DNA of 62,270 nucleotides, filler included, from Hausera hauseri (lineage: Eukaryota): NCBI GenBank assembly GCA_046269625.1. It is 11 parts of 11 records of this genome, joined end to end, with 100 filler letters (N's around TTAATTAATTAA, not from the genome) between each part and the next. Parts side by side here need not be neighbours in the genome. Positions count along the whole stretch, not along the records: positions 49,329 to 53,630 come from JBJURY010647330.1; positions 53,731 to 57,805 come from JBJURY010778537.1; positions 57,906 to 62,270 come from JBJURY010615443.1; 8 more parts are not named here. One strand, 5' to 3'. A model generated the notes under the pieces. The model did not search any database. It saw nothing but the letters and a program-made list of their open reading frames with translations, and was not told the DNA's origin. Below are positions 49,440 through 62,270 of the stretch, piece after piece (the stretch's first letter is position 1; each line of letters starts with the position of its first letter). The translations under genes and the position numbers were made by a program.

Positions 49440-51700
49440 CCCGAGTGTGCGGCACCATACCACCCCCGTTACAAAGATGACACTGTGTTAATGTAATAAA
49501 AGTAAGAAGACAAGGCAGAGAGGTGTAGTTGAACTATAGAGTCTTTGTATGGACAAGACGTTGAATTTTGTCGATATTTTGTTCTCTGCTGTATTTTCTG
49601 AAGGTAACCGTCTTGCTTTGTTTAACGTGCTGTTTAATTGTCTGTTAAGATGATTGAGATGAAGTTAGATTTTGATTGGACATGTCAGCAGCTTGAGAAC
49701 TGGTCTGTATGTCGTTTAATGTAGTGTTTTGAGTTTATGCAGGTTTTGGAGTAGCAGGTTGTCGTGTAGGTAAAGTGGAAGAAGAATTGAAAAGTCAAGA
49801 AAGGTTTTTTGATGTATCATTAACGAAAAATGCAGGTTTCACGTTAGTTATGTGAATGTTTTTTAATATCGTAATTGTGTGTGAGGTAACGTTGAGGACT
49901 TTAAATGGTCACCGCCTAAATCGGACTTCAACAGAAAAGTAGGATTGTTTATATTGGTTTTATCAATTATGTTTTTATTCGCATTGGTTAATGGTTTCTT
50001 CAATATTGATTTTATAGGCGAGATAGGTTGCGTGATTTGTTGGTTATTTGTAGAGGTAGGTTTTATTGAACTGCTTTTTGATGATCCGACATTGTCTAAA
50101 ATCTACAAGATTGTAGAAGGATAAGAAATCAGATCCAAGTATTGGAGATTCTGTGTCGGCAACGATAAATGTCCAATTGAAAATGTCGGAGAATGGTGGT
50201 AAAGTGAATGAAACCTTAGAAGTGCGGAAAATACGTAAAGCTTGGCCGTTAGCTGTGTACAATTTGGTGTTAGATGGTGAGATGAACGGTGTTTTGATGG
50301 ATGGTGGTAACAAAGAAACAGCAGCCCCAGAGTCAATTAGGAAGTTGATGGGTTGATTGGACGCGGAAGTTAAAGAAGCTTTTAGTGTAAAAACGGCATA
50401 AGTACGACTATCATGAAGAAAACGTTTGCCTGTGCCAGCATGTGCCGAAACATCTGGCGGCTTTATGAGATTTTTGGAGGCACAGGATTTACATCGTTGA
50501 AAAAGATAGGTCGTGATGAATTAGATCGGTTAACAAAAGTGCAACCTGTAACGCAGTTATGTTCTTTAGAATTGAATTTGTTATGGTAAATGCAGATAAT
50601 GTCGGGTCGTTTGAAATGGGAAATCTGCAACCTAAGCAGCATTTAGTGGAGTTGTGTTTAAATTTGGTGTGGTAGTAACACACCATTGGTCGTGTAGGTG
50701 ACTTCGCATGCCTTGAATTTTGAGATGAGGTGCGGCTATGGTTCGCATCGAAATGATTTCGTCTAGGCATGGTCAAAGCTTCGATTTTTGACGTGAGTGC
50801 AGAAATTGTTTGATGTATGTTGGCGTTTTCGGCACGTAGAGAATTTATCCGTAAGTTCAGATTAGCTATGTCGTTAGCTTGTTGAGTTGTTGGTACATGT
50901 AACGTAACGGCTACTATTGGGGCTGTATGTGTATTTAAAATCTCGTAGCTTTTGTCAGCCAGTTGTGCTAGTTTTTGTAGTGACGATGTGTCCTCTAGTA
51001 CTGTCAATAGTGCGCGTATGTCTCTTGGTACAGACTCTAGAAAATATCTGCGTAATAAATCGGCGTTATTTGCTTGATTAACGCCAAGGGTACTCATGTA
51101 CCAGGTTCCTATGGTGTTGTCATTAAAATATTTAAGAATAATGTTATCTATGGATGGTTTGGTGATTTTTAAAATAGAGTTAGGGTTTTATATGGGTCAC
51201 TACTTTGAAAAATTTCCGATAAATTGGGAAGCAATATTATTTGACTTCAACGAAGCCCCATGAAAGTCTAACCACGTCCGGCTGGAGTGTTGCTTGTCAA
51301 TGAAGTATTCTACGCAGGGTAGATTTACAGTAGACGACAGGGTTAGAGGTGAATTTAACGGTAAGCTTATAGTGTGGATGTCTGCAAAATCTTGTTGGTC
51401 GTTAGATGAGGCTTTTGGATCGGATCCACCTAATAGGAGATAGTGTACAGTCCGTTATAACTAAGCAAAAAATTAGTCCGGAATGTTTCTCGTTGTAACA
51501 CGCCAGACAAATGTGCGATAGTTGCTGTTTAATGTATGTTTGTTTTCCAGCAAGAGAGGAAGGAAAATAAAGTTTTCAGATATGTAAGGTGTATAATGCG
51601 GTGCATAGGACACGGGCTGTAATTGTTTGCCCTATCGGATATTTTTTCCAAAAATAGTTTTAGAGCGGTAGGTGTAGCCAATGTAGCGTGTACACGGACG
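49440..51700 (-). mobile_element. Ty3/Gypsy (family B) deletion derivative: gag and protease joined to the IN C-terminus and PPT
   Basis: Gag LLRRYFLESVP..CYYHTKF; LIDSGAAVSLLP..ILGSDFL; then HITNVKPAFF and GGGGG. RT, RNase H and IN core are absent. Confidence 0.85.
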
Positions 51701-52492
51701 TAAAGAGGTAAACTGATAATTTGTGCTGAAAACGAACCGGACTCGTCTTGCGATTCATAATCGATGGACGAAATTTAGATGCCAACATTATAGAGTAAAT
51801 TGTTGCGTCGATTTGGTGAAAAATTGTGTAATCCATCGGAATTTGCAGAGGTATTTACCAATAGTCAATACGTCGACGGTCCCGTTTCATGTGCGAAGGG
51901 CTTATTGAAGCATTATTTTCTGGTAATGATACTTTATTAGACTGGCGAGATTTGTCGGAAAATGGTGCAAACAGTTTTGCTTTAATCTCATCGAGAAATT
52001 GGGATAATTGCGAAGTAAAATATTCCTTTGTAAATAAAATGAATCTTGGCTTATCCTTTTTATCATCATTGATTATTTCACGATCTGTCAGTGGCTCATT
52101 GTTCGTTTTCGCAGACATTTCATTTAATGGTCGTCGCACAAGTATATCTTCTTCACGATTTACTATCATCTCTATTCTTATCATTAGACTTAGATTGGTT
52201 CCATATCATTTCCATTTGTGTTAAATTCACCTTGATTGCCATCATATTTAACATCGTTAACATGAATGGCAATGTTTTTCAAATCCAGCGACTGATGAAA
52301 CGGTTTCAAAAACGGACCAAAACTAGCACTTAAGACTGCTCCTCCAAGAGCTGTAGATTGTATCAATCAATCCAAAACATTTTTAAGCGTCTTTAATAGG
52401 CCTTGTTAAACAAATAATAATACGAGCAATTCAGAAATGATACAATATCTTAAAAGACGAAGCTACAAATCAAATCCAATTATTTATTTGTT

Positions 52493-52960
52493 TTACAAAC
52501 GACGACCACGTCTACCACCCTTTCGTCTTGTGGTATCATGTGGAATTGGAGTGACATCTTCAATTCTACCAATTTTCATACCAGCTCTGGCCAAAGCACG
52601 AAGAGCTGATTGGGCAGCTGGACTTGGTGTTCTTGTTTTAGTACCACCGACACCACGAATTCTGATATGTACTGCAGTAACACCCAATGCTTTGCATCGG
52701 TCAGCAACATCATTGGCGGCCATCATAGCAGCGTACGGGCTGGATTCATCACGATCAGCCTTAACTTTCATACAACCAGTAACCCTGACAATTGTTCCTT
52801 GCCCTGTGATGTCAGTAACATGAACGAATGTGTCGTTGAATGAGGCAAAAATGTGGCAAACGCCAAAGACTTCCTCTCCATCGGCAACTTTTGGGCCAAG
52901 AGTAACCTGCTGTTCTTCAACTTTTTTGACTCCTTTACGTTTAGCTCCTGCAGAGGCCAT
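52493..52960 (-). CDS. RPS14: 40S ribosomal protein S14 (uS11); intact ORF with some substitutions at conserved sites
   Basis: [20 protein letters not shown]...[16 protein letters not shown]...[37 protein letters not shown]. Confidence 0.97.
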   Translation of the reverse strand: MASAGAKRKGVKKVEEQQVTLGPKVADGEEVFGVCHIFASFNDTFVHVTDITGQGTIVRVTGCMKVKADRDESSPYAAMMAANDVADRCKALGVTAVHIRIRGVGGTKTRTPSPAAQSALRALARAGMKIGRIEDVTPIPHDTTRRKGGRRGRRL

Positions 52961-53003
52961 CTAACAATTCGATGAAAACTTTAACGTAAAAATATTCACT
53001 TAC
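52961..53003 (-). other. Probable 43-nt 5'-UTR intron of RPS14
   Basis: The minus strand reads GTAAGT...TTGTTAG, ending immediately before the ATG. Confidence 0.65.
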
Positions 53004-53730
53004 AATTTATAATATCCGTTTTCAAGTTAAACGATTTATTTAAACAAATTTCTTTAATGCACGTTTTTAAAATAATATTATAAATGTCGACGGAATCCGT
53101 GTTTTTTCCTGTGATTAAAATTTAATTATATCAGAATTTCAATACTTAAATTGAAAATATCTGGAATTAACAAGAACTCTTAAGTAAAATGCCTCAAATT
53201 TAAAACTAAAAAATATCTGTTAAAATTCAGCGCTGATGGTTAATACTGAAATTTATATTCACATTCTTAGCAATCAGTAAATAAAAGTGAAAAATTTTGT
53301 GTATTTTGTTGAGTAGTATATAGTACAATTTTTATGTATTAAATTTTCCATTTTTACAAAGTATTTGTTACAATTGGTAGAAATTACGCTTATAAATGTC
53401 TTTCAAAGTTAGAAATTTAAAAACTGGGAATTTTCAAAGATTGAAATTTTATAAATTACAAATTAATCTTTGTATTACTCACAAAAATGCGTTACAACAT
53501 TGACCTTATGTTCAATAATTACTATTAAGATGAATAGCATGACATTTTTTGCAAACGGACAAGGAAATAATTTTGTGGAAATCAAGTTTTGATGGGTTAT
53601 GTGTATGTTAACGAATTTAAATAAATGAACNNNNNNNNNNNNNNNNNNNNNNNNNNNNNNNNNNNNNNNNNNNNTTAATTAATTAANNNNNNNNNNNNNN
53701 NNNNNNNNNNNNNNNNNNNNNNNNNNNNNN

Positions 53731-56220
53731 AAGAAGAAAGGAACTACAAAACATCGGTTTTGTATAGATTATCGGGCATTAAACACGCTGATGATGAAAG
53801 ACTCGTTCCCCTACCGTCAGTAAAGGAAGCTTTAGACAGACTATCAGGAGAAAAATGGTTTACTACTCTCGACTTACAATCGGGATACTGGAAAGTGGAA
53901 ATAAAAGAAGAAGATCGATATAAGACAGCGTTCAAAACACACGATGGCGTATACGAATTTAGCGTTATGCCTTTCGGCATCACCACAGGACCAGCTACTT
54001 TTACTAGAATAATGAATAAGATGCTCATGTAACTCGATCATGCATTCGCGTACTTACACGACGTGATGATAAAATTAAAAATGGAGGAGGAACACTTAAA
54101 GGATATTGAATATACCCTCATGCGACTAGAAGAAGCAGGTTTGAAATTAAATCCGAAGAAATGTAAATGGGCCCAGAACGCAGTATCGTACCTTGGACAT
54201 ATAGTTGGAGAAGGAGAATCAAAACCAGATAAATCCTTGCTATATAAAATATCCGATTGGATAGAACCGCGAAATCAAAAGGAGTTAAGATATTGGTTAG
54301 GTTTATGTGGGTATTATGCCACTTACGTACCAGGCAGTTCAAAAATTAATATATTATATCGTCTACTCAAAAAGAAAACTAAATGGAGATGGACAGAAGT
54401 GGAACAAAAAGCATTCGACGAAATGAAGAAAATTTTGACAAGCGAACTAGTCTTAAGATATCCAGATTTTAACCTACCATTCATCATTAAAACCTATGCG
54501 TGTAAAGAAAGCACAGGATACGAATTAACTCAGAAGCGAGAAGATGAAGAACTAAAAAACAAAATAGCCTATGGGGGACGCATGTTAAAGAAAGCAGAAA
54601 AGAAATATTCGGTTACCGAATTAGAAACGTTAGCCGTTAAGGAAGCACTACGACATTTCATTGTCTATGTTTATAGACAAAGGATTATTATAATAACCGA
54701 CCACAAGGCAGTTGCGACACTGAAAGGACGAGCTATTAATTTGACATGTAAACTAAACCGTCGGATTGAGGAAATCTCATGATATAACATTGAATTCCAA
54801 TACAAACCGGGAAATAAACATGTTGACGCCGACTTACTATCAAGGCTTAAGACAAAAACGAATGCAATTACTATAGCAAAAAAGACGCAACTCGGACAAT
54901 TAATCGAACAACAAGGAACTCTAATAATGGATAAGACAATTAGAATTACAGCCGAGAAAGCTAAAGATAAAGTTATCCAGAAAATTCTTAAATTCGCACA
55001 AAACGGCGAAATGCCCAAAGGACGACAATTGAAAAAGCACCTGCAGAAACAAGGGAATAAATATCACACCTCAAACCAGGATAATATCCTGAATTACGAA
55101 AGAAAGGGACGAAGATTAATACTTCTTCCAAAAGAATTGCGCACCGAAGTATTCATGGCCGAACATGATTCATATTTAGCCGGATATATGTCCTGGAAGA
55201 AGTCATTGGAAAGAATATTGAATAAATACTACTGGCCAAGTATCTATATTGACGTAAAGAATTGGGTAGGAGCGTGCGAAGTTTGCGCAACGAAACAAAA
55301 CAAGACGAAAGGCTACGTAGCAGAACTAAAACCAATAAACGTATCAGATAGACCTATGCAGGCCATGTATATGGATATAGTAGGACCGTTACCTAAAATT
55401 CACAAAAACAACAGATATATTCTAACATGCGTGGATCAATTGACACATTTTGTCAAATTGATGGCATTATTTGATCAAAAAGCGGAAACATTAGCCGACG
55501 CAGTGGTAAGAAAAATTATCTGCACATACGGACCACCGGAACAGATCCTAACAGACAGAGGAAAAACTTCACAAGCGAATTATTTGAAAAAATTACCAAG
55601 ATATTTAAAATCGAACGTTTAACTACTACCGCGTATCATCCCCAATGTAATGGAATGGTCAAACGTATGAACGCAACAGTCATTCGGATATTATCAACAG
55701 TAGTGGCAAAAGACCATAAGGATTGGGACGAATTCCTAGAAGGAACACAATTCGCAATCAATACGACACCACATCCAGCGACAAGGTTTACACCGTTCCT
55801 TATAATGTATGGACGGGAAGCAATCTTACTCGCAGATCTAGGCATGACACCTTACGAAAAGAACCTCGAGGATCTCAAGCAAAATTTTGCCGAAGTCATG
55901 CAGACAAGACTGCGAAAATGTTTGGAGGTCGCAAAAACCTTATCACTTGAATATCAGGAACAAATAAAGAAACAATATGATAAAAAGACTAAGCCTCATG
56001 ATCTGGAGAAGGGAAATTTGGTTTATATACATTACCAGTCGCGAAGAAAGGCACATCCTTAAAATTAACACGTACCGGTAGAGGAACTTATAAAATCATT
56101 CGCACTACGCCAACTACAGTATATATCAATAAAAACGGGAAGGAAGAAGTCGTGTCAGTACAAAGAGTCGTCAAAACCGAAATACAACCTAATAAACGTT
56201 AAAATTTACGTCAGCGTGAG
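53731..56220 (+). mobile_element. Ty3/Gypsy pol (family A, sister of 12655-15413): RT, RNase H and IN
   Basis: Peptides are near-identical to the minus-strand copy (PLPSVKEALDRLSG.KWFTTLDLQ; HDSYLAG..CEVC). IN core DIVGP..VDQLT..TDRG..YHPQCNG. Confidence 0.95.
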
Positions 56221-57676
56221 TCAAAGACTTCCTCGATAATTGCCAGACCGACATCGTACGTGCAAATAGTTTTAGCATTAACATTAGTTGCTTCTTGTAT
56301 TCCGAGAGCACAAACTAAATGGTGGCACGACGGATCTACACAAAAAATTGTATACGGAGCGCAGAAAAGTGGATCCAAACCAGAAGTTAATAAAACGGAA
56401 AAGATGCCAACATTAGAAGAAAACTAAAGACAAGAAAGAATTACGTTGTTACAATCAGTCAAAATTCATTATTATTCGCCGAACTCCACATGCGTTGGAT
56501 TTAAAGTACAGAGACCACACCACAATGTTGGAAGACTTCAAATTGCCCTAGATGATATAATGACAAAAGAAACAAGGAATTGTGATTTCAAGCCTGGAGA
56601 GCATACGCAATGTTGCAGTACGGCTTTCTGACATACTTATAACATTACCTATCGACTGTATTCATCGAAATCATCTACAATATACGAAATAGAACCACAA
56701 TTTCAATTAATTATCCCTGCTTGGAACAAGCATCATGGAATAAAACCCAACGAAATGCTTCAATCCGTCGACCCAGTAAAACGGATGCTAGAAGAAAATA
56801 TCGTCGGTATAACTGAAAATACAAAGGACAACTGTATTCAAATAAACACAAAAGGACGATTAATTAACGGCCGAGTAATTACGGTCCAGTTCCTAAAAGA
56901 AAACATACCAGTTTACAACCAACAGTACTGTCAAATCGACGTCGAGCAACCAAAAAAAATGCTGCAAGTTATCCGGAAAATATAAATATAGAATTCAGAT
57001 GGACTTATATGAAGTCAGACCAAACCGGTCGAGTATTTATCTAGGAAATTACCAATTTAGAAACCCAATTGGACAGAATTTGCTTGGAATAACAAGTAGA
57101 ATTACAACTATGAAAACAAAGTCTACCAATCCTGCATTCGCTAGAATCATTCTAATGAATAGATTGCCTCAAAAGGATCTAGAAATAATTCCGGTAAAAT
57201 ACTGGACACAAACGCGCGAAATAACTTTTGTTGTGGAAAAAGCATTTAATTACGATGTAAGGATTAACTGTGGAACAATATACCACAATCAAAAAGTAAC
57301 GCTGGCTAAGGGTAGCCATCAGGTCAAATGTACATACTTGAAACCTAAAACGGATAACATTGTACAAGTAGGTGCAGAAAATAAACAAAATAGAACATTC
57401 GCGGTACGAACCTTAAATGAAATTGTCTCAACGAAATCATTAACTGATGACGAAACGGAAGATGAGGTTACAACTACTGCTAAAATGAAAAATTTAACCG
57501 AACAGACAACCTTGTCGTTAATATCGATTATTGGAACATCAATATTTGCTCTCATAATTCTAATTGCGTTTTGTCGATTGATTACCAAAAACTGTTGCAT
57601 TAAGCGTCAGAAAATCACTGAGAGGGAATTAAGGGTGATGGTACCACAGGATGAAATTAATGATGGAACAACCTGA
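56221..57676 (+). pseudogene. env-position ORF: predicted type I membrane protein in frame with the IN C-terminus, with two stops and one A8 frameshift
   Basis: Signal-like VQIVLALTLVASCIP after KR*NLRQR, a Cys-containing ectodomain, and TM LSLISIIGTSIFALIILIAFC followed by a basic CC tail. Confidence 0.65.
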
Positions 57677-57905
57677 CAACTACAGATCGGGTTATTCCAC
57701 CGTCAAACAAAGAATTGGTTCAAATTTAGAACAATACTTTGTTTTAGGATTGACCCTTATTTTGTATTTTCTTTCAGAATGGTAAGTACGAATAGCCGAC
57801 CTAGGNNNNNNNNNNNNNNNNNNNNNNNNNNNNNNNNNNNNNNNNNNNNTTAATTAATTAANNNNNNNNNNNNNNNNNNNNNNNNNNNNNNNNNNNNNNN
57901 NNNNN

Positions 57906-58668
57906 AACATTACGTAATACTAAAGTACTAGACCAGGTCAAAAAGGCGGGATTGAGAATAAACCCAGAAAATGCCACATCTTAAAAAAGGAGGTAAGATT
58001 CTTGGGACACATTGTGAATAATAAAGGAATACAAACGGATTCCTCGAAGCTGGACGCCATCAGATCGTTCGAAAAGCCAAATGTATAAAAAATCTGAGAA
58101 GCTTCTTAGGGATTTGCAATTAGTACAGGAGATTTATTTAAGGGTACGCAACAACAGTTAAGGCTTTAGAACAGATGTGCGGACTGAACAACAAAAACTG
58201 GTATGGATCGAGTCTTGCAACAAAGGTTTGAAGCAATGAAGATGGCTTTGGCATACCCACCAATACTAGGGTTCCCAGACTTCAAGAAGGGATTTATTCT
58301 TGATACTGACGCTAGCTTCTATACGACTGGAGCAGTTTTATCACAGAAAGCAGTGCCCGGCATGAAAGAGTGATTGCATACGGGTCACACGGAATAAATA
58401 ATCACGAAAAGGGCTATTGAATTACAAGGAAGAAGTTGTTGGCTATGTACTACTTCTGTCAACATTTTAATCATTACTTGTATGGAAGAATATTTGACTG
58501 AGAATGGACGGCAATGCCATTAGCTTCACGTTGAAAACAAAAAAGCCGATAACAGAACAATTCCAAACCTGGATAAACTATCTATCAAGTCTAGACATAA
58601 AACTGGAATGCAGGAAAGGAACAGATTACGCAAACGCCGATATATTATCCCGAACCAATTGCGGCACT
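57906..58668 (+). mobile_element. Ty3/Gypsy RT-RNase H fragment (family D)
   Basis: GLRINPE..EVRFLGHIV; LRSFLGICN; FILDTDAS; TWINYLSSLD..RKG...NADILSR. Confidence 0.88.
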
Positions 58669-58672
58669 ACAT

Positions 58673-61600
58673 TGACAACTTCAAAACTGTGCACGCTTGC
58701 ATACCGTCACAAAAATCACAGAATCGTTCCTCCCAAAAACCCGTGTAGTAGGCCTCCACAAAAACCCCCGTCCATAACGAGAATATGAACCAAATGGTAT
58801 TGAGGTCGACCGTGTCGCATTCTCGATAGATTTTTGTATCAAAGGCTGATAACAAAATGTGACCGCAAAGGTGTTGTACCTAATGCAACTTTTTAGTGAG
58901 ACAACGGTTGTAAAATAGCTTACTAACCGTGTGAAATTTAGAATCGTTGGGTGTCTCAACAAGCTTCGAATGCGTCCTCAGGTTCCATGCAGCTTATTCG
59001 TTACCTATTAAAAACGTCATGAGCGAGTGTCGGTACTAGCACTGTTGATTTGATCCCCACCTGTTTTGGCGAGGCGTTTACGCTGCGTGTAACCAGGCAT
59101 TTGCTTTTTTGTTACGGTAGGGCTTCAATGAAGTCGGGGTATCTTGGATGCGCTCCTGGTGCGACTCATTACCGGTGCTGCAGGGGTTTTATTGCGTATT
59201 ATCGTACGTTCCGTTTCCGGGAGTACGGGCGTTGAGGTAATATGTATTTCAGTCTGGACCGGGGTTGGGTCATATGCTACGGCCATGTCCATATTGAATG
59301 GGTCAATTTTCTCGTAGTGTTCTCGAAGCTTGTTTACTTCTGACATGCTAGGTATGTCTTGTCGGATAGGATCTTCCGTATCGGAGTCATTATAGCCGAA
59401 TGTTGGTTTTATGTTCGAAAAGTGGACTATATGTTCATCATTGTCGCGTGATATTTTGGCGTTGTGCTGAGTGATTTCTATGAGCTTGTAGGGACCCGTA
59501 TAGTATGGTTCAAATCCGTGTTTTTGTTGGCTTTTCAGCCAGACAAAGGACGCATCTTGTATATTATTGGGCACGATTGCTTTTTTGTGACTGTTGTGGA
59601 ATGCAGTGTTCGTGTCTATTGACAGGAAATGCTTCCAAGCTTAGAATGGAAGTTACTTTCGCGTTGCTCACCAGATTTTTCGGGAATGTGAGGTAGGCAC
59701 CAAATAATAGTTGTGCCGGAGAAGCATCAGTGCTAGTGTTGGGAGTGTTTCTGCAGCCTAATAGCACAATGAGTAATGCATCCAGCCCGTTCTTGTTATC
59801 ATGGCATTCGATTCGTAGGGATGATTTGAGTGTACGATGAAATCGTTCAATCAATCCATACGCCTGCGGGTGATAAGGTGACTATGTATGTGCCTTAAAC
59901 CAAGCGATTTGATTAATTGGTTAAACATGGGTGATTCGAATTGGGTACCTTGATCTGTTATAATGTTTTTATGTACTCCAAACCGAGAAATCCATGTATT
60001 TAACAATACAGTCACAACGCTTTGCGTTGTTATTTGGCGGATTGGAATGGCTTCGGGCCATCTTGTTTTCCGCTCGAGAATGGTTAAGATGTACTTATAT
60101 CGGTTACATTCGGGAAATGGTCGTACTATATCCATGTAGATAGTTTCAAACCTTGACCCAGTAGGATAGTGTAGGATTGGTGGTTGTATATTCTTGTTGA
60201 CTTTATCCTGTTGGTAAAGTGAGCATTCTTTTGTCCACCGCTTTATGTCGCTTAGCATGCGAGGCCAACAAACTCTAGTGCTTAATAGGCAAACTGTGGC
60301 TTTTGATCCAGGGTGATGGATGTTGTGAATGGTGTCAAATGCCTCTTTCCGTAGGTTTGCTGCCAGAATTTGTCCTGGACAACTATTGAGGATGGTATTG
60401 TAATGTATTTCATCCTTTGTGTTGACTGGTTTGAAGAACGCAACATCGACTTCATGTGGAGGGTTCGATCGAAAGACCTCTTCTGTGAAAATTGGGTCAA
60501 AGGATATTGTCGATATCCCAGTTCTGGAAAATAAATCAGCAACTGTGTTATCTTTTCCAGTTATATGTTTTATCTTGAATAAGAATTCTGACAGAAATGA
60601 GATGTGTCGCTCTTGACGAGACTATGGGTTTTTCATACTCATCATGTGAATGAGCAGTTTGTGATCCGTGCGGATTGTGAACACATTTCCTTCAAGGAAA
60701 TTTCTGAAGTGTTTGACACTGAGAATTATGGCTAGTAATTCTCGGTCGAAAGTTGAATAGCGCTACTCGGCCAAATTAAATTTGTGGGAAAATAATTCAG
60801 TGGCAAGCATAGCACCTGCAGCGATGGTGGGTGCATCTGTTGTTAAGTTGATCGGTACATCTCGTTTAGGATAGTGTAATGTAAGTATGTGAAAAAGCGC
60901 CCTTTTTTACATTGGCAAATGCATGTTCAGCCTCATCCGTCCAGTTTATCTGGGATTTCTTGGGTCCTTGGCTTAGAGCAGGTAGAGGTGACAGGATTTC
61001 GGAACAGTGCAGAATGTAGTGATGGCAGAAGTTGATCGTGCTTAGGAAGCTGCGAAGTCCAGTCACTGAGGATAGCTTCGGTATTTATTTGATGTTCTCT
61101 AGTCGCTCAAGAAGAGGACTGTGGCCATGTGGTGTTAACCGAAGTTCGAGAAATACGGCTTCAGTTTTAAAGAATGAAAATTTGTTTATGTTCACCTGTA
61201 GGTTGTTTTCATTCAACCTACGGAACATATGTTCGAGGTGTGTTTTGTGAGTCGCCTCATCTGGTGATGCAATCAATATGTCATCTATATATGGGATGGC
61301 ATAAGACATGTCGATGAGGACTTGGTCTATATGACATTGGAATGTTTGACTTGCATTACGTAAACCGAATGACATGCGTAGATAAACGAACAAACCAAAA
61401 GGCGTTATTACGGACGTTTTTGAAATGTCTTTAGTAGCCACTGGGATCTGGTGGCTACCTTTCTAGATCGATTGTGCTGAATATTGCTGCACCATGTAGG
61501 CGATGCAATATGTCGGTTACCAACGGTGTTGGGTATGAATCGTGGATGGTGACATTATTTAACATTCTATAGTCACCACAAGGCTGGTATGAACCGTCCT

Positions 61601-62270
61601 GTTTGAGAACGATGTTCAATGGTGATGTCCACGGTGGTGTAGAGCGGCGTATTATGCCAGCTTCTTCGAGGTGTCAAAATTCGGCTTCCGCGGCTGCTCT
61701 CTTGACAGGGTCAAGCTCCCTCCGGGGTTGCCGAATTGGTGAATTACATGATGTGACGAAAAAGTGTGATGTTTTTACCTCTTTCTGTGTTGATTGTGTT
61801 GAGCGTTTCAACAAGTTAGGGTATTGCGCTTAAAGCAGTGGTGCGATGTTAATGGGATTTGCGATTTGTATGCCCGTGACCGCGTTTATAGTTAGCGTGG
61901 ATGCGGGTGGAGGTAATGTATTGCTCCCGCTGGTGAGTTGTTAAATTCAGCAATCAACTGTGAGATCGCAGTGATTTAGGAAGTCAAAACCAAGCGTATG
62001 GTTGGCCTTGTACGTGAAATTGTAGGTACAGTGTACCTGTGGTTGCTATTCGCGTGCCATTGGCAGCTTTAAGCAATGCATACGAGACCAGCGTAGGTCT
62101 AGCGTATGCGCTAGTTATCAGCGATAAAGCTTCACCAGTGCAAATTAGAAAATCGAGTTGTTTGGAAATGTCAGAGTGTAGTGGCTCCGCCTCGAGAGTA
62201 AAAATGGCATCGATAATGCGTTCGCTATTTGTGTACGGCAGTTGTAGTGATTGGGTTTCCAATCAACGTG
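58673..62270 (-). mobile_element. Ty3/Gypsy pol (family B relative), decayed, with PPT and LTR start; abuts or is nested in the family D fragment
   Basis: TPFGLF..MSFGLRNASQTFQ..YIDD; YSTFDRELLA; RWPEA..TDQGTQFES; ERFHRTLK; GGGGG-TTTT-TGTGG at ~58756-58769. Confidence 0.9.

Overview
This is a eukaryotic, AT-rich and most likely invertebrate animal draft sequence. It is not one locus: it is 11 unrelated contigs of about 4-10 kb joined by ten artificial 100-bp linkers (44N-TTAATTAATTAA-44N), so nothing can be inferred across the linkers. Most of the content is decayed mobile DNA: several Ty3/Gypsy LTR retrotransposons from at least four families, a Bel/Pao fragment, mariner fragments, and a Polinton/Maverick-type protein-primed PolB next to a degenerate dUTPase. 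Host-type sequence includes RPS14, a frameshifted CxxCC-repeat gene, and fragments of FEN1, NSD, a neuralized-like domain, DPAGT1, Mpv17 and CWC27. The most notable signals are four. (1) A chuvirus-like (gB/class III) glycoprotein sits in frame directly upstream of a Gypsy protease-RT, an env-before-pol order. (2) One Gypsy family carries unusual 3' cargo: a type I membrane protein with an internal Cys repeat in one copy and a RING-finger ORF in another. (3) A seamless, co-oriented chain of unrelated host-gene fragments is bracketed by a ~340-bp direct repeat containing a conserved, covarying hairpin. (4) Two convergent REX4/ISG20-like pseudo-exonuclease ORFs flank an LTR-like region. All protein assignments come from motif recognition by eye; no searches were run.
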